From contig NW_013657651.1 in NCBI RefSeq assembly GCF_000142905.1, positions 310,001 to 374,000 of the forward strand: a stretch of 64,000 nt of DNA, read 5' to 3'. This document shows, piece by piece, positions 1-12,441 of the stretch. Position 1 is the stretch's first letter, and each line of letters begins with the position of its first letter. The position numbers and the translations under genes are program-made. The notes beneath the pieces are model-generated. The model saw nothing but the letters and a program-made list of their open reading frames with translations. It was not told the origin of the DNA and did not search any database. The DNA comes from Thecamonas trahens ATCC 50062 (Eukaryota; Protista; Apusomonadida).

Positions 1-207
1 TTGGTCTTCTTGGCAACAGAGTCGTATCGGTCGCCTCCTTCCCGTTTGCCCTCTTTGCTCTTTGGCGGCGGTTTTGTCATCGTCGCCGTCACCGGCGCCG
101 AACCACACACTGCATCGAAGCCGACGAGTCAATAGGTAGGAGAGGGGATTCATCGAAGAGGGGAAGGTTCTAGCTTCTTGGGAGAAGGGTGGCATGCAGG
201 TTTATTG

Positions 208-1368
208 CTAGCTGCTGTCGGACGGCTTGGTCGGCTTGCCCAGCTCCTCGTCAACCCACGAGCGCTTGACCATGCCCTCGGGCGGAGTGCCCTCGACATA
301 GCCCTTGGAGGCATCGGCCCATTGGGTGGTGAGCACCGTTCCACCCGACTCGACAAACGACTTCTTCATGGCGCGGCGGGTGTCCTCGTCGGCGTTGGCG
401 TAGATCTCCTGGAAGAGCTTGTTGAGCGGGTCACCTTCCTCGTCCTTCTCCTTGCCCACCTCGTGCTCGAGGGCGTCCCAGTTGATGTGCTTCTTGGACG
501 ACGACGGGTACGCGTGCTTGTTGACCGTCGACGCGTCGTCAAACGGCCGCAGCGTTGTCGCCTCGCCCTCGAGCTCGCCCCAGTTGAGCGGGTGCTTCTT
601 CTTCAGCTTGAACTCGATCTTCATCCGGGTATTGACAAACGACGACGCCTCGGGGTCGATGGCGTCAGTCAGATGCCAGGTGTGATCGTAAGCGCTGCCG
701 TCCTTGAGCGTCGTCTTGACATGCACCTTGCGCTCGGAAAAGTTGACCTCGGTCTCGGCCTTGCTTGTCGCCTTGGCGTAGAGCGAGAGCATGACGTACT
801 CCTCGCTCTGGTACCAGTCGAACCGAACCGACGACGGCGCTGGCACAAACGGCTGCTCGGCCGGCGGCGCCTGTCCGGCGGCGGCGCCGGCAGCGGTGGT
901 AGCCACCGCCTCGGACGAGGGCGGCGGCGCCGAGGTTGACCCCGCGCCGGCCGCCGGTGTCGACGTGGCCACAGCCGGCTTGCCGCCCTCGCTGGCCAGC
1001 TCCGCCTTGCACTTGCGGATCCATGTCTTGAACGGCTTGTGGTTCGGCTTGATCTCGGCACCCGCCTGGAAGGCGGCCAGCGCCGAGGCAAACTCGTCGA
1101 GGGCAAACAGCGCCAGGCCCTTGCGCATGTACGCCATGTGCATCGTCGGATCGATGGCCAGCGCATCGTTGGCGTCCTGTAGCGCCTCCATGGCATCATC
1201 CAGCTTGAGCGAGGCCGCCGCCCGCGACGACAGAGCCGCCGCCAGAGCCTCCGACTCGCCTCCATCCCGAGCGGCATCAATACCTTCCGAGTACATGGCC
1301 ACCGCCGTCTCGTAGTCCTCCTCCACCATGGCCGCGTGCCCTGCGTTCACCTTGTCTGTCCACGACAT
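208..1368 (-). CDS. SGT1: SGT1 co-chaperone (TPR + CS + SGS domains)
   Basis: N-terminal TPRs (AYMRKGLALFAL), CS domain (RFDWYQSEEYV...KIEFKLKK), SGS motif LNKLFQEIYANADEDTRRAMKKSFVESGGTVLTTQW. Single exon. Confidence 0.95.
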   Translation of the reverse strand: MSWTDKVNAGHAAMVEEDYETAVAMYSEGIDAARDGGESEALAAALSSRAAASLKLDDAMEALQDANDALAIDPTMHMAYMRKGLALFALDEFASALAAFQAGAEIKPNHKPFKTWIRKCKAELASEGGKPAVATSTPAAGAGSTSAPPPSSEAVATTAAGAAAGQAPPAEQPFVPAPSSVRFDWYQSEEYVMLSLYAKATSKAETEVNFSERKVHVKTTLKDGSAYDHTWHLTDAIDPEASSFVNTRMKIEFKLKKKHPLNWGELEGEATTLRPFDDASTVNKHAYPSSSKKHINWDALEHEVGKEKDEEGDPLNKLFQEIYANADEDTRRAMKKSFVESGGTVLTTQWADASKGYVEGTPPEGMVKRSWVDEELGKPTKPSDSS

Positions 1369-1708
1369 GCTTGTCCTTCCCGCGTCTGCCGGTAACGGTA
1401 TGGGTACGGGTGCGGGTGCGGGTGCGGGTATGGGTATGGGTATGGGTATGGGTGGGAGTGGGCCTGGCTACTTGCGCGTGAGACCGGTGTGCTGCAGCCT
1501 GTCCAGGTCTCGCTTGCCTGTCTCTCGCCCCACCTTCGTGAAGGTCGGCGAAAGTGAGCCGTCCGGTCGCTGGTGCCCCCCCTCACTTTTGCCACTGCCC
1601 AGGTACGCACCACAGGGGGATCAACGAGATCTGGCTAAACAGCGACCTGGAAGGCGGCGGGGGGGGGGGGGGGGGGGGTGGGGGGGGGGGAGTGATGTTA
1701 GTCTTCTC

Positions 1709-2037
1709 NNNNNNNNNNNNNNNNNNNNNNNNNNNNNNNNNNNNNNNNNNNNNNNNNNNNNNNNNNNNNNNNNNNNNNNNNNNNNNNNNNNNNNNNNNNN
1801 NNNNNNNNNNNNNNNNNNNNNNNNNNNNNNNNNNNNNNNNNNNNNNNNNNNNNNNNNNNNNNNNNNNNNNNNNNNNNNNNNNNNNNNNNNNNNNNNNNNN
1901 NNNNNNNNNNNNNNNNNNNNNNNNNNNNNNNNNNNNNNNNNNNNNNNNNNNNNNNNNNNNNNNNNNNNNNNNNNNNNNNNNNNNNNNNNNNNNNNNNNNN
2001 NNNNNNNNNNNNNNNNNNNNNNNNNNNNNNNNNNNNN
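1709..2037. other. Assembly gap flanked by poly-G tracts
   Basis: Run of N. Other gaps lie at 22860-23008, 31994-32093, 42615-42714 and 51582-51681. Confidence 0.99.
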
Positions 2038-2172
2038 CTGGGGGGGGGGGGATCGGCGCAACTGTGGTTTGGGGAGGATGTGGCGGGCATGGATGTGTTA
2101 TATCTCTGCTCTGGCCGCCGGCAACCACCGACAGTACAGCCCACGGCAATCACCGCAGGCAGGTAGTGGCGC

Positions 2173-3359
2173 TCACTCCGACAGTAGCGACATCCATGAC
2201 GGCTGCCGCAGCACTGCTCCAGTTTCGGACGCGGCGTGCGCCACAATTGTGTCGGCGGCGTCGCGAACAATCGAGAGTCCGCCGTCGGTGGCCGATCGCA
2301 GCGCTTGCGATGGTGGCGGCGGCGCGCCCTCGAACCCGTCGACATCACTATGGAGCTTGGAAAACACCAAGCTCGCCGCGGCAGTCACCAGATACTCGCA
2401 GATGAGTAGGACGCCAAGTGTGTGCTCGCCGGCATCGAGGCCAAGCGCCGCCATCACGCCCTCTGTCACCGCGCCTGTGTTCTCGACCATGCCGTCGCTG
2501 CGTCCCGGACCGCCGAGCGCCGACGAGCTGACGAGACACATGTTAAACCGCAGCCGGCCGCGCCGGCCTAACACTGTTCGGCGAACAACAACTTCGACCC
2601 ACTGCGATGGGCGCATGGCGTCGGCAACATCGTCGAAGCGCTGACCAAACCCGGTCCGGGTGCCAGGCAGCTGCGGCGCGGCAGGCAGTGCCACACGGAT
2701 CTCTGCCCACCCGGGCTGCTCGTCCAGGAGATCGCGGTAGACCGCAACACCCACCACATCCATCCACTTGAACAGCCGGAGCCAGAGGGCCTGGTCACGA
2801 ATCGATAGCCCTTTTGCGTGTCCTTCGACCTCGACCCGCTTGGCCATGTCCCCGACAAATCTGTACGCCTGCGCCATCGCTTCATGCTTGAGCGAGACAG
2901 AAGCATGTCGAGAGCCCGGCAACAACAAGTCCCAGTTCCATGGCTGCACAAGCTGCCCGCGCGCCCATCGCCGCCGCACAAATAGCTCAAGGAAGATCTC
3001 TCGCCAGCTGCCCGGCACCTCGCCCGCCTCGCCGTCGCCCTTGAGCCCGGCCATCGTCGTCCTCGGAGCGACTCCCAGCACCCGCACACCCATCGAGATC
3101 ATAGCAGACCCTTCCCATCCATCGCCCGCTTCATCGCCTGCCTCGGCTTTGTCATCACCCGCGTCGCCTTCGTCATCGTCCACATCGGGCAGCAATACCA
3201 GCACCATCCGTCGCCAAACCGCTTCCACTTCCAAAACGCCCGCAGCGTCCGCGACGCACCCGTCACTGCCATGACGTCTTCTGGGGTCGAGAGAAAGCCA
3301 AGGACAGCAACAACGAGCTCGGCAGGGAGATGGGCTAGGCATAAGTCATCAGCCGCCAT
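2173..3359 (-). CDS. F-box domain protein; one-base frame break at about 3239-3241
   Basis: LAHLPAELVVAVLGFL..EDV..V...SRTLR (ORF 3099-3359) joins GVLEVEAVWRRMV (ORF 2173-3342) if one G is added, giving a complete F-box. The C-terminal domain is not recognised. Confidence 0.7.
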
Positions 3360-3511
3360 TTGCCCTCGCCAACGTCCACCTCAGCTCGCGAGAGCGGTGG
3401 CTGCTGCTGGCGCTCGATCTCGGGCTGCGCCCATTCCGGTGGACGAGTTTCCAATCCGAGGAGAGGCGGAAGCGAGGCAAATGATAGCTTGCTGTGACAG
3501 CGAGTTACGTT

Positions 3512-4975
3512 TTACAGCTCATCGTGAAGCTCATCGTCACTTTCGCCGCCTTTGTCGTCATACTCGTCATACTCGTCATACTCGTCGTCGTGCTCGTCGA
3601 GGAGCGCCGCCATCTCGGCTGGCGATCGGCCGGGAGTGTACATGGTGTCGCCGTCATCGTTGACAAGGACGTGCGAAGAGAACCAAATGTTGAGTCCCCA
3701 CTTGGTGGGCGCAGTGGCCGGAACCTCGCAGCCGCCGTGGAGCGACCACTTGTCGAGGAACGCCCCGGCTTGCCCGTGTGCGAGATGCGAGTAAAAGACG
3801 ACGGCATCGCCCTGGGCGAGCTCGATACCTACGCCCGAGTCGCGGACCTGACAGGGATCACGCCCAGACGCCTGCTCGCCAAACGGCAGGTATGGTATGT
3901 CGCCTATTGGGGCACATTCGGGAAAGCACGCCGCAAGCTCGGATGACGACTTGGCGAGCGGAAAGATGGTGGGCGATCCCGGCGCGCCCGGATCCGCCGG
4001 AGGTGTGTCGCGGTGCGGCGGCCGCCCGCTGGCGTCAGCCTCGTCATCAGTGCCGAGGACTGCAAAGATAGTGGCGAAGCGCTGATGAGTCCGGCTCGGC
4101 GACGGCCGGGTCATGTTGATGGCCCCGTCGTCGACCAGCGCGTCGTAGTGGAGGCCAAACTTCTGCCCGGCCTCGTACCGCACCACCTGCAGCGCCTCGA
4201 CCGATGCAAAGCCTACCGAGTCGTCCAGGCGCAGAAGCGACTGCGCCCGTGCACGTAGTGCGAGCAGGAACGTGTCGCCGCCGAGCTCTGCGCTCGCCAG
4301 TGACGCTGTCCGCGACGAGCGCCGATCGGTATCGACGCCATCTAGCACGCCAGACGCAGCGAGCCCGGCCCGCCTGCCCAGCATCCGCAGATACCATGTC
4401 TCCTGAACTGAGAGAAGCTTGGCCACGTGAAACAGCCGAGGCCGAGCCGCCAGCGGCGTCATCTGCAGCGGGAGCGGGAGCGGTGCAAAGTCTGGCACAT
4501 GCGCCTTGATCCAGCGCGGGGTGTGCAGCGAAACATCAAACACCGATTCAGTGGCGGGCCAGACCCACTGGTCGCTGCCGAGGCCCATATACACCACATC
4601 GCCATTATCAACCATCACCGTGTCGTGGACGATCTTGTGCCCGTCCCCAGACCAGAGCACCACGTCGCCGGCAGCGTTGCAGACCTCGCCAACAAGAACA
4701 ACGTTTGCAGGCAGAGCATCTTCATCATCGAAGCCATCAAACAAGCGGAGAAAGGCGTTCCATGACTCACATGCCATCGATCTGATCTCGACTGTCGGCA
4801 GCGAGCCGTCCGGCAGCGGCAGAAGAGTCATGGTACGGCCAAAGTTGGGCGACTCACCCTCCGCCAGCACGCCGCCTACGTAGGCCAGTCTCACGACCAC
4901 TCCTGCACTACCACCCTCACACCGCCCCACAACAAGCAAGACAAAAGCAAATGCTACAAGAGGGTGTCGCCACAT
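3512..4975 (-). CDS. ER-luminal prolyl 4-hydroxylase (2OG-Fe(II) dioxygenase)
   Basis: Signal peptide; EALQVVRYEAGQKFGLHYD (HxD), RFATIF, GDAVVFY, SLHGGCEV...KW; C-terminal HDEL. Confidence 0.9.
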   Translation of the reverse strand: MWRHPLVAFAFVLLVVGRCEGGSAGVVVRLAYVGGVLAEGESPNFGRTMTLLPLPDGSLPTVEIRSMACESWNAFLRLFDGFDDEDALPANVVLVGEVCNAAGDVVLWSGDGHKIVHDTVMVDNGDVVYMGLGSDQWVWPATESVFDVSLHTPRWIKAHVPDFAPLPLPLQMTPLAARPRLFHVAKLLSVQETWYLRMLGRRAGLAASGVLDGVDTDRRSSRTASLASAELGGDTFLLALRARAQSLLRLDDSVGFASVEALQVVRYEAGQKFGLHYDALVDDGAINMTRPSPSRTHQRFATIFAVLGTDDEADASGRPPHRDTPPADPGAPGSPTIFPLAKSSSELAACFPECAPIGDIPYLPFGEQASGRDPCQVRDSGVGIELAQGDAVVFYSHLAHGQAGAFLDKWSLHGGCEVPATAPTKWGLNIWFSSHVLVNDDGDTMYTPGRSPAEMAALLDEHDDEYDEYDEYDDKGGESDDELHDEL

Positions 4976-5281
4976 ACTGACAGCGAGTCAGGTGTGGGCC
5001 TTGTGCGCAGCTGGCGCCAGGCCGTCGGCGCAGGGGGCTGCGTGAGTTGTCGTCAGGCGCGCCATCGTCCACGATGGCCATACGGGCATCGGGCAGCACA
5101 ACCATGGTACAAACAATGAGGGAGGTGGGGGAGGGGGGGGGGGGCTATCACTAAGAGTATCAATAGAGTCAAAAGTGAGAGCAGAACTCACATCGCCCAC
5201 GATGATGATAGTGTAATCCCGATCGCAGCCGGCTACAGGGCCAGACCATCAGCCGTCTCCCACATCAACCCCGGTGACGAG

Positions 5282-5428
5282 ATGGTAGCACAAGAGCGGC
5301 GAATGGACGATTCCAAGACTCCCATCATGAGCCCAATGGGTGCGATGGTGGTCATCGGTGGTAGCAGGTGGGGGGGGGGGGGGGGGGGGGGGGGGACAGG
5401 CTGAGGTTTTGGCGGGGACACCACCTGA

Positions 5429-5460
<32 letters not shown>

Positions 5461-8400
5461 CCCCTTTGGCGACAGCGCCATGGCCAGCATGAGAGCAGGG
5501 GCCAGTGACACGTACTCATACAGCTCATACTCTGTAGGCTCACCAGACGCCTTTGCCCGTGGCTCTCCACAAGGGTGGTCTGACGGATGGGGTGAGACCT
5601 GGACTGGTGGCCATGCCGGTAGCCATGCCAGTGGCCGCCACAACACCGGTGGCGCCCAGCCGGCCGACGAACAACCCCAACGTCCGCACCCTCCGAGCCA
5701 CCACCAGAGTCAAGCCAGGTGGGAGGGGGCAGGACAGGAGAGCGGTGCAGAGAGTGGCTTTCGCACAAGCTGTTCTCCTGTTCGGCGGACGCTGGTGGGC
5801 TTGGGGGCGGGGATGAGGCTGGTGTCGAGGTAGACGTGCTGGTTACCAGCGGAGTCGACGGCGACGGCGGGGAGATCTCGCTTCCTCGTGCTCGTTTAGG
5901 CGCACCCAGGAGCTCACAAAGGGCAGAGAGTCGGAGAGTAGTGTCTGGGCCGGCGGGATCGGAACAGGGGGCACCGCGGGAGAGACGACCGGCTGCGAGC
6001 CGAAACGTGGACCAGGACATGACGCCGACTCGACACCCGTCGACCCGGGCGGCGTCGCTCGGGCCACGGATGCTCGAGGCTCAGCGGAGTGGAGGCGGCC
6101 GGATAGACTCGATGGCATCTGTGCAGTCGTCGGGCTCGGTTGTGGCACGCAAGCGGCATCAGTCGCCGCCGCACTGGGAGCTCTCTCCGATCAACTCCGA
6201 GTCGGCGGCGGCAGCGGTGGCGGGCGTGGTCGACATGGCGTCGGTCTCGTCGGCATACGGTGGAATGAGCGAGGTTGGTGTCGATCATCCGACCGAGGTT
6301 CTCACTGTCGAGTCGCTGCATCGGCTCAAGCGTGCGGAGCAGCTCGAGGCGGCGGCTGCAAACGCCAGCGCCGCCATGGACGAGGAGCGCGAGCGATTTC
6401 GCCAGGAGACGAAGCGGCTGAACGCGCAGATCCGGCGGCTGAACAAGCGCATTAACCAGCATACAGGGCTGGCGTCGGCGATCCGGCGCGAGACTGTGCT
6501 TGCTAAGCGCAACGCCGCGCTTCGGGCGCGTATTCGCGCCCTCGAGTCCAAACTTGGCATTGAGGCCGACGACCCGCTCTCAGACGTTGAGTCTGTCGAC
6601 CGAGGCGCGTCGCCGGAGCGGCAGCAGGAAGGTGCGGCCGCGCAAGTTCTTGCGCTCGAGTATGAGCAGGTTCTCATGCGTCTCCGGGCTGCGCTGCGAA
6701 CGCAGTTTGGGGACGAGCCTGTGGCGAGCGTGTGGCGCGATGTCGCGCCTGAGATGGCGCTGCAGGCGCCTATTGGGTCTGTTGCTGGTGGCGCGCCGTC
6801 ACACCTGGGCTCGGCCGCATACTCGCCGACCGAAAGTCTATGCCTGCGCTCCTCGCACAAGTCGATGTCCTCTCTGAGAGCGTGACCAAGCTCAACGAGC
6901 TTAATGCGCAGCTCGTGTTTGAGCGCGATGACATTCGCCGTGCCAACGCCGAGCTGGAGGAGCGGCTGGCGGCGTCGCGGCACTCGACCTCGGGCGAGAC
7001 TCTGCCGTCGCCGATGAAGGCTGCCCATGCCGCGTTCCGAGCCCAGGTTGAGAGTGTTGAGCACGAGAAGAACGCACTAGCCGCCGAGCGTGATCGACTT
7101 GAGGCCGAGCTGAACGCTGCTCGTGCACAGCTAGATGCACGCAGACAGGACGACGTCGAGGCGGAATCTGTCCGCCGAGAGGAGATCTCGGTCCACCAAG
7201 AGGAAGTTACCTCGCTCGCGGACGCCCGCGCCGAAGCCGAAGCCCATGCTGATGCCGCTCGCCGGGCAGAGGCCGCCCTTGCCGACGCCCGCGCCGATGC
7301 CGAAGCCCATGCTGATGCCGCTCGCCAGGCAGAGGCCGCCCTTGCCGACGCCCGCGCCGAAGCCGAAGCCCATGCTGATGCCGCTCGCCAGGCAGAGGCC
7401 GCCCTTGCCGACGCCCGCGCCGATGCCGAAGCCCATGCTGATGCCGCTCGCCGGGCAGAGGCCGCCCTTGCCGATGCCCACACGGCTGTGACTCTCGCTA
7501 AGGCCGAGACGGAGGCTGCGCGCCAGGCCGAAGCCGAAACAAAGTGGGCAGCGCCGTCCAAGTCGGCGCTGCTTGCGGAGCAGGAGCGAAGCCGCACGCT
7601 CCATGCCAGCCTTGCAGCAGAGCAGCAGGTGACCGCGGAGCTTCGCGCACAGGTTGCCGCACTGCAGGCCAAGGCCGAACAGGTTCAGCAAATGGAGGCA
7701 GAGGGTGTGCAGCTCAAGTCTGCACTCTCAGAGCGGAATGTGTTGATCCAGGCACTGGCGCTCAAGGTCAAGCGAAGCGAGGCACATGTGAATGAGGTGG
7801 CCCAGCGCGCTGAGCGCGAGCACACCGCACACCAGGCGACGCTTCAGGCGTGGAAGTCCGAGTCGTCGTTGGCTCACGAGAAGCTACCTGGTGTCGAGCG
7901 CGAGCTGGCGGTTGCCCAGCAAGACCGGGATCAGCTTGCAGCGCGAGTCAAGTTGCTGGAGCAGGCGCGGTTAGAGCAGGATGACGAGCTCCGAAGCGTC
8001 AAGGCCGACGCCGAGCGTGCTCGGGCCGAGGCTCTTTCGGCCGCGGGCGCCCAAGAGTCGGCGGCGACCGAGGTCCGGGCTGTCCGGGCCGACCGCGACC
8101 AGCTGGCCGCTGCCCACGAAGTAGCGCTGGCCAGCATTCGACAGCTACGTGGCGAACGCGACGATGCAGTGTCGGCGGCAGCACGGCTGGAGTCTGAGCT
8201 GGAGGCGGCGACAGCTGCTTCCGGGCCCTCGCACACCAAGCTCCAGCTGCTCGAGGCTGACAACTCGCGGCTCTCGGCGGCGTATGAGGACATTCGCGCT
8301 GAGCTGCGCCAGTTGCGCGCCGAGCGTGACGACCTGCAAGCCGCGCTTGATCGGGTTAGCTCAGCTCCAGCGAGCATGTCACCGGACCGACAGCGCGCCA

Positions 8401-10436
8401 TTGAGGCGCGGCTCCACGCAGTCGAGGCCGAGCGCGACCGGGTTGTGGCTGATTGCGAAAGTCTCCGCGCCGAACTGCGGAGCGTGCGGGCAAAGTGTGA
8501 TGATGCCGAGTTTGAGCTGGAGCGTGTCAAGCGCGACGCGGCAGTCCAGTCGCCAGACCGCTCGCAGCGGAGCTTGCGGGCACTCGAGTCCGAGCGCGAC
8601 GAGCTTGTTGCGGCCGTCGAGAGCATGCGCGCCGAGCTTCGGAGCGTGCGCGCCGAGCGTGACGACGCCAACTTTGAGCTGGAGCGTGTCAAGCGCGACG
8701 CGGCAGTCCAGTCGCCAGACCGCTCGCAACGGAGCTTGCGGGCACTCGAGTCCGAGCGCGACGAGCTTGTTGCGGCCGTCGAGAGCATGCGGGCCGAGCT
8801 TCGGAGCGTGCGCGCTGAGCGCGACGATGCCAACTTTGAGCTGGAGCGGATCAGGCGCGACGCGGCAGTCCAGTCACCGGACCGCTCGCAACGGAGCTTG
8901 CGGGCACTCGAGTCCGAGCGCGACGAGCTTGTTGCGGCCGTCGAGAGCATGCGGGCCGAGCTTCGGAGCGTGCGCGCTGAGCGCGATGACGCGGCGTTTG
9001 AGCTGGAACGGATGCGCCGCGACGCACTGTCGCGATCGCCGGACCGCGGTGGGCGGCTTGCGCAGGAGCTTCGCAGCATGCAGGCCGAACGCGACGAGCT
9101 CGTTGATGCCAACGAGAGTATGCGGGCCGAGCTGCGAAGCGTGCGAGCCGAGCGCGATGACGCGGCGTTTGAGCTGGAACGGATGCGCCGCGACGCGGCG
9201 TCCCGCTCGCCGAACCGATCTGGCCTTGTGGCGCAGGAGCTGCGAGCGCTTGAGGATGAGCGCGACGAGCTAGCCGATGCCAATGAGGGCATGCGCGCCG
9301 AGCTGCGAGCCGTGCGTGCTGAGCGCGACGATGCGCAGTTTGAGCTGGAGCGCGTGCGGCAGCGGGCAGCACAGCCTCGTGCAGTGGACCCGGCGCTGCA
9401 GGAGCGCGTCAAGGAGCTTCAGGCGCAGCGGACTGAAGTGACCGAGGCATGCGAGGGTTTGACAGTCCAAGTCCGTGAGCTACGTGAGCAGCTGACAATG
9501 TCCGAGGCCCAGGTTGAGAGCTTGAGGCGACAGTTGGTGTCCAAGGCGCCCGAGCTGGAGGCCGCGCATGCGCGGGTAGCAGCACTTGAGACCGAGCGCG
9601 ACGAGTTGGAACAGGCGGTAGCGGCAGCGCGCCGAAGCGCGAGCCACGGACGTCGGAGCCAGGCGGAGATGGAGCGCGATGATCTGGCATCGCAGCTCGA
9701 GCGGTGGCGCCGCGGGTGCACTGAACTCACGCGCGAGCGTGACGAGCTTGTCAGGAAGGCGCGGGCGCTTGAGACCGAGGTTGAGGAGGTCCGTCTGCAG
9801 GGGAGCTCAGCGCCAAGAGCACTACGACGGCAGGTCCAATCGCAGGCGGCGCGGATGGTCCAGCTTGAAGCAAGTCTGGAGCAGGCGCAGCAGGAGCGCG
9901 ATACGGTGGTGGAACAGCTGGCCAAGACCTCTCTGGCGCTGGAGGAAGCTGGCATCCGGTTTGGGGATGCGCAGAAAGAGCTCGAAGCAAAGAACGCACA
10001 CATTGTGTCGCTGGAGGCTCGGATCAAGGGCTTTGTTTCTCGGCTGCTGAACGCCGACCATGTGCGACAGTACGGCCACTCTGTGGCGCGGCTGTCTGGG
10101 CCGGGTAGTGGGTCGCCGTCGTCCAACACGAGCATGTCGTCGTCGGTGGCGTCGAGGCGGGCGGCGTCGCCGTCGCCACAGCCGCCATCGGTGCGCTCGC
10201 ATTTAGACCCGCGTCTTTCGACGCCAACGGCACGGGCGCCGACGTTTGCGCCTTCGCCTGCACTGGCAGCGATGCGGCGGGTGTCGTCGCCGCCACCGGA
10301 GGCCACGGCGTCGCAGCCGCGGCGGACCCGGCCCGAGTACGACGCTCTGTTCGCGGGCATTGATGAGCGCAAGGCGGCTCGCGACGCGCTGCAGGCCAAG
10401 CTCGGGCTGCGAAACTCGGGGCGGCGAAACCGATGA
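5282..10436 (+). CDS. Very large coiled-coil protein with internal tandem repeats; 5' structure tentative
   Basis: Putative exon 5282-5367 and GT-AG intron 5368-5475. ORFs 5480, 5719 and 6840 then join if single bases are added at G5 5803-5807 and A3 6833-6835. A/E/R/L-rich heptad pattern over more than 1000 aa. Confidence 0.7.
7221..7479 (+). repeat. 63-bp (21 aa) coding tandem repeat, about 4 copies
   Basis: DARA[E/D]AEAHADAAR[R/Q]AEAALA repeated almost identically at DNA level. Confidence 0.95.
8370..9360 (+). repeat. About 162-bp (54 aa) coding tandem repeat, about 6 copies
   Basis: AAVQSPDRSQRSLRALESERDELVAAVESMRAELRSVRAERDDANFELERVKRD; offset 8521 to 8683 is 162 bp. Outer copies have diverged. 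Confidence 0.95.
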
Positions 10437-10483
10437 GTGTAGTTGCTTCAAATGTACAAGCATTGTGTTACTATGAAGAAAAG

Positions 10484-12441
10484 TCAAAAGCGGCCATCGA
10501 TGATGGCCATCATGGCGGCGTCGTTGTCGTCCGAGTCGTCGTCCGAGTCGTGGTCGTCGTACTCGTACATGTCCTGCAAGAGCATGGAGTTGTCGGGGTC
10601 AAGGTCGACGTCAGGCTCGTCGTACTCGTCGGTATCCGAGTACTCCATGTCACGCGGGAGCTCGCCGGTCGACTGAGCGGCAGCGATGTGGGCGAGGGCG
10701 ACCTTGTGGCGGTTGCGAAGGGCGGTGAGCGGGGCCTGGAGCGAGGCTGAGGCCGAGGGCATGGCCATGATAGTCGAGCGAGCATCGACGGCGTCGAGGC
10801 CGTAGGCAAAGTCCCAGATACGGATGGCGGGGTCATCCTCACCGCCGGCCGAGACGATCTTTGTGTCGTCGAAGCGGACCGAGGCGACTGGGTGGGCGGC
10901 ACCCATGGTGAGCGAGGTGACGAGCGTCATGGTCTCGAGGTTCCAGACAAGGACCGAGCCATCGTCAGAGCCAGAGACAAGGCGGGAGCCGTCGAGAGCA
11001 ATGCATGAGACACGCGAGGCGTGGCCGGTGAGCGGAGTGCCGAGCGGCGCGAGGGTGGCCGGCGACCAGACGTGGAGAGCGCCGGCGTCGCAGCCGGCGA
11101 CGATGTAGTCTGTGGAAAGGGCGACGGCCCAGATGGGCGAGGCCGGTCGGGTGCAAGAGCAGACGAGGGTGCCTGTAGGTGTGGGGATGGGGTTGACAGA
11201 GGCGAGACCCGACCAGAGGCGAACCGAGCCGTCGAGCGACGAGGTGGCGAGCACCCCGAGGGCTGGCTCGACAGCGAGGGCGGTGATGCCGACCGCATGG
11301 GCCTGGACGGCGACACGGCAGGCGCCCGACGACTTGTCCCAGAGGCGCAGTTCGCCATCAAAGGCGCCCGAGACCAGGGTGTTGCCGACAACGTGGAGGG
11401 CGCGGACGCCAGCGGTGTGGCCAGAGAGCGAGCCGAGGCTTGCGCCCGAGTCGAGGTCAACAACGCGAATGTCGCCGTTCCAGAGGCCAACGACGGCAAT
11501 GCCATTGGTGTCGTACTGGAGGGCAACGACCATGTCGTCAAAGGTGTTGTGGACGCGCGCGGCGGAGCCGGAGCGGATGTCCCACACAACCAGCAAGCCA
11601 TCCTCACCGCCGGTCACGATCTTGGCGTCGTCAAACTGGAGGGCGTCGATGGCGCGGTGGTGGCCGTAGAGTGTGACGAGGCGGCAGTCGCCGCGGGTCC
11701 AGCGCTTGTCGACCGCGGTTCGGGTGGCGTAGATGCTCTTCCAGTCGTTGTTCAGAGACTCGTTAAGAGTGACGTAAGCCGACGACGATGGGCCCCAGTA
11801 CGACCGCCGCCACGCTGCCTTGCACAGCGCCTTCCACAGTGACTTGTCGTTGGTCAGTCGCCGCATTTCCCTGCATGTCTGCGCCAGAGCACACAGGCTA
11901 GTTGCGTCGAGGTAGCCTGAGGGATGGGGGCAGCCGGGAGGCGGATCACCGGCCAACGTCATGAATGGTTCACCATTGATGAACCATCCGGTGAACCGGG
12001 ATTGAACGATGACACTGTCCATGTGGCGCCAGTCCGAGGTTGACGGTGGACATGGGGATGGGCAAGTAGGTGAGTATAGAGCAGACAGCTCAGAATTGGT
12101 ACAGGGGTAGGTGGCAGCGGTATGCGGGTGGTAGGCGAAGGGGAGACTGTGCAGTGGCTGTGGTTCCCCGTGGGAGGGGGGTGCGGTGGTCGGCTTCCAG
12201 CGAGGTTCCGTGGCGTGACTTGCGAGCGCAAGGGGGAGGGGGGGGGGGGGGGGGGGGGGGGTGGAGAAGGGCCAGACGTACTCAGCAGTTCCAGACACAG
12301 CTCATCAGGGAGCATGTCGATGAAGGAGTTGTCCACGGGAGAGCGGGACAGTGTTCGTGGACGACGGGAAATACCCTGCCGGGCATTGGACTGGCGGAGC
12401 AATGACGTCGTCGTCTTGCCACCAAACAGGAACGCCGCCAT
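10484..12441 (-). CDS. F-box/WD40 protein (Cdc4/Fbw7/beta-TrCP-like); exons 12441-12282 and 11916-10484
   Basis: F-box IDMLPDELCLELL|SYLDATSLCALAQTCREMRRL..D.SLWK is restored by a GTACGT...CAG intron that keeps frame (531 codons). About 7 GH...WD repeats follow. Confidence 0.9.

Noticed and set aside
1328-2644. ORFs running through N gaps and poly-G tracts (also 22776-23423 and 51359-51834)
   Set aside because: They are open only because N codons contain no stops.
7931-10399. Long antisense and alternative-frame ORFs (also 17269-18528, 33250-34311, 59092-60171 and others)
   Set aside because: Expected shadows of high-GC codon bias opposite well-supported genes; no domains recognised.
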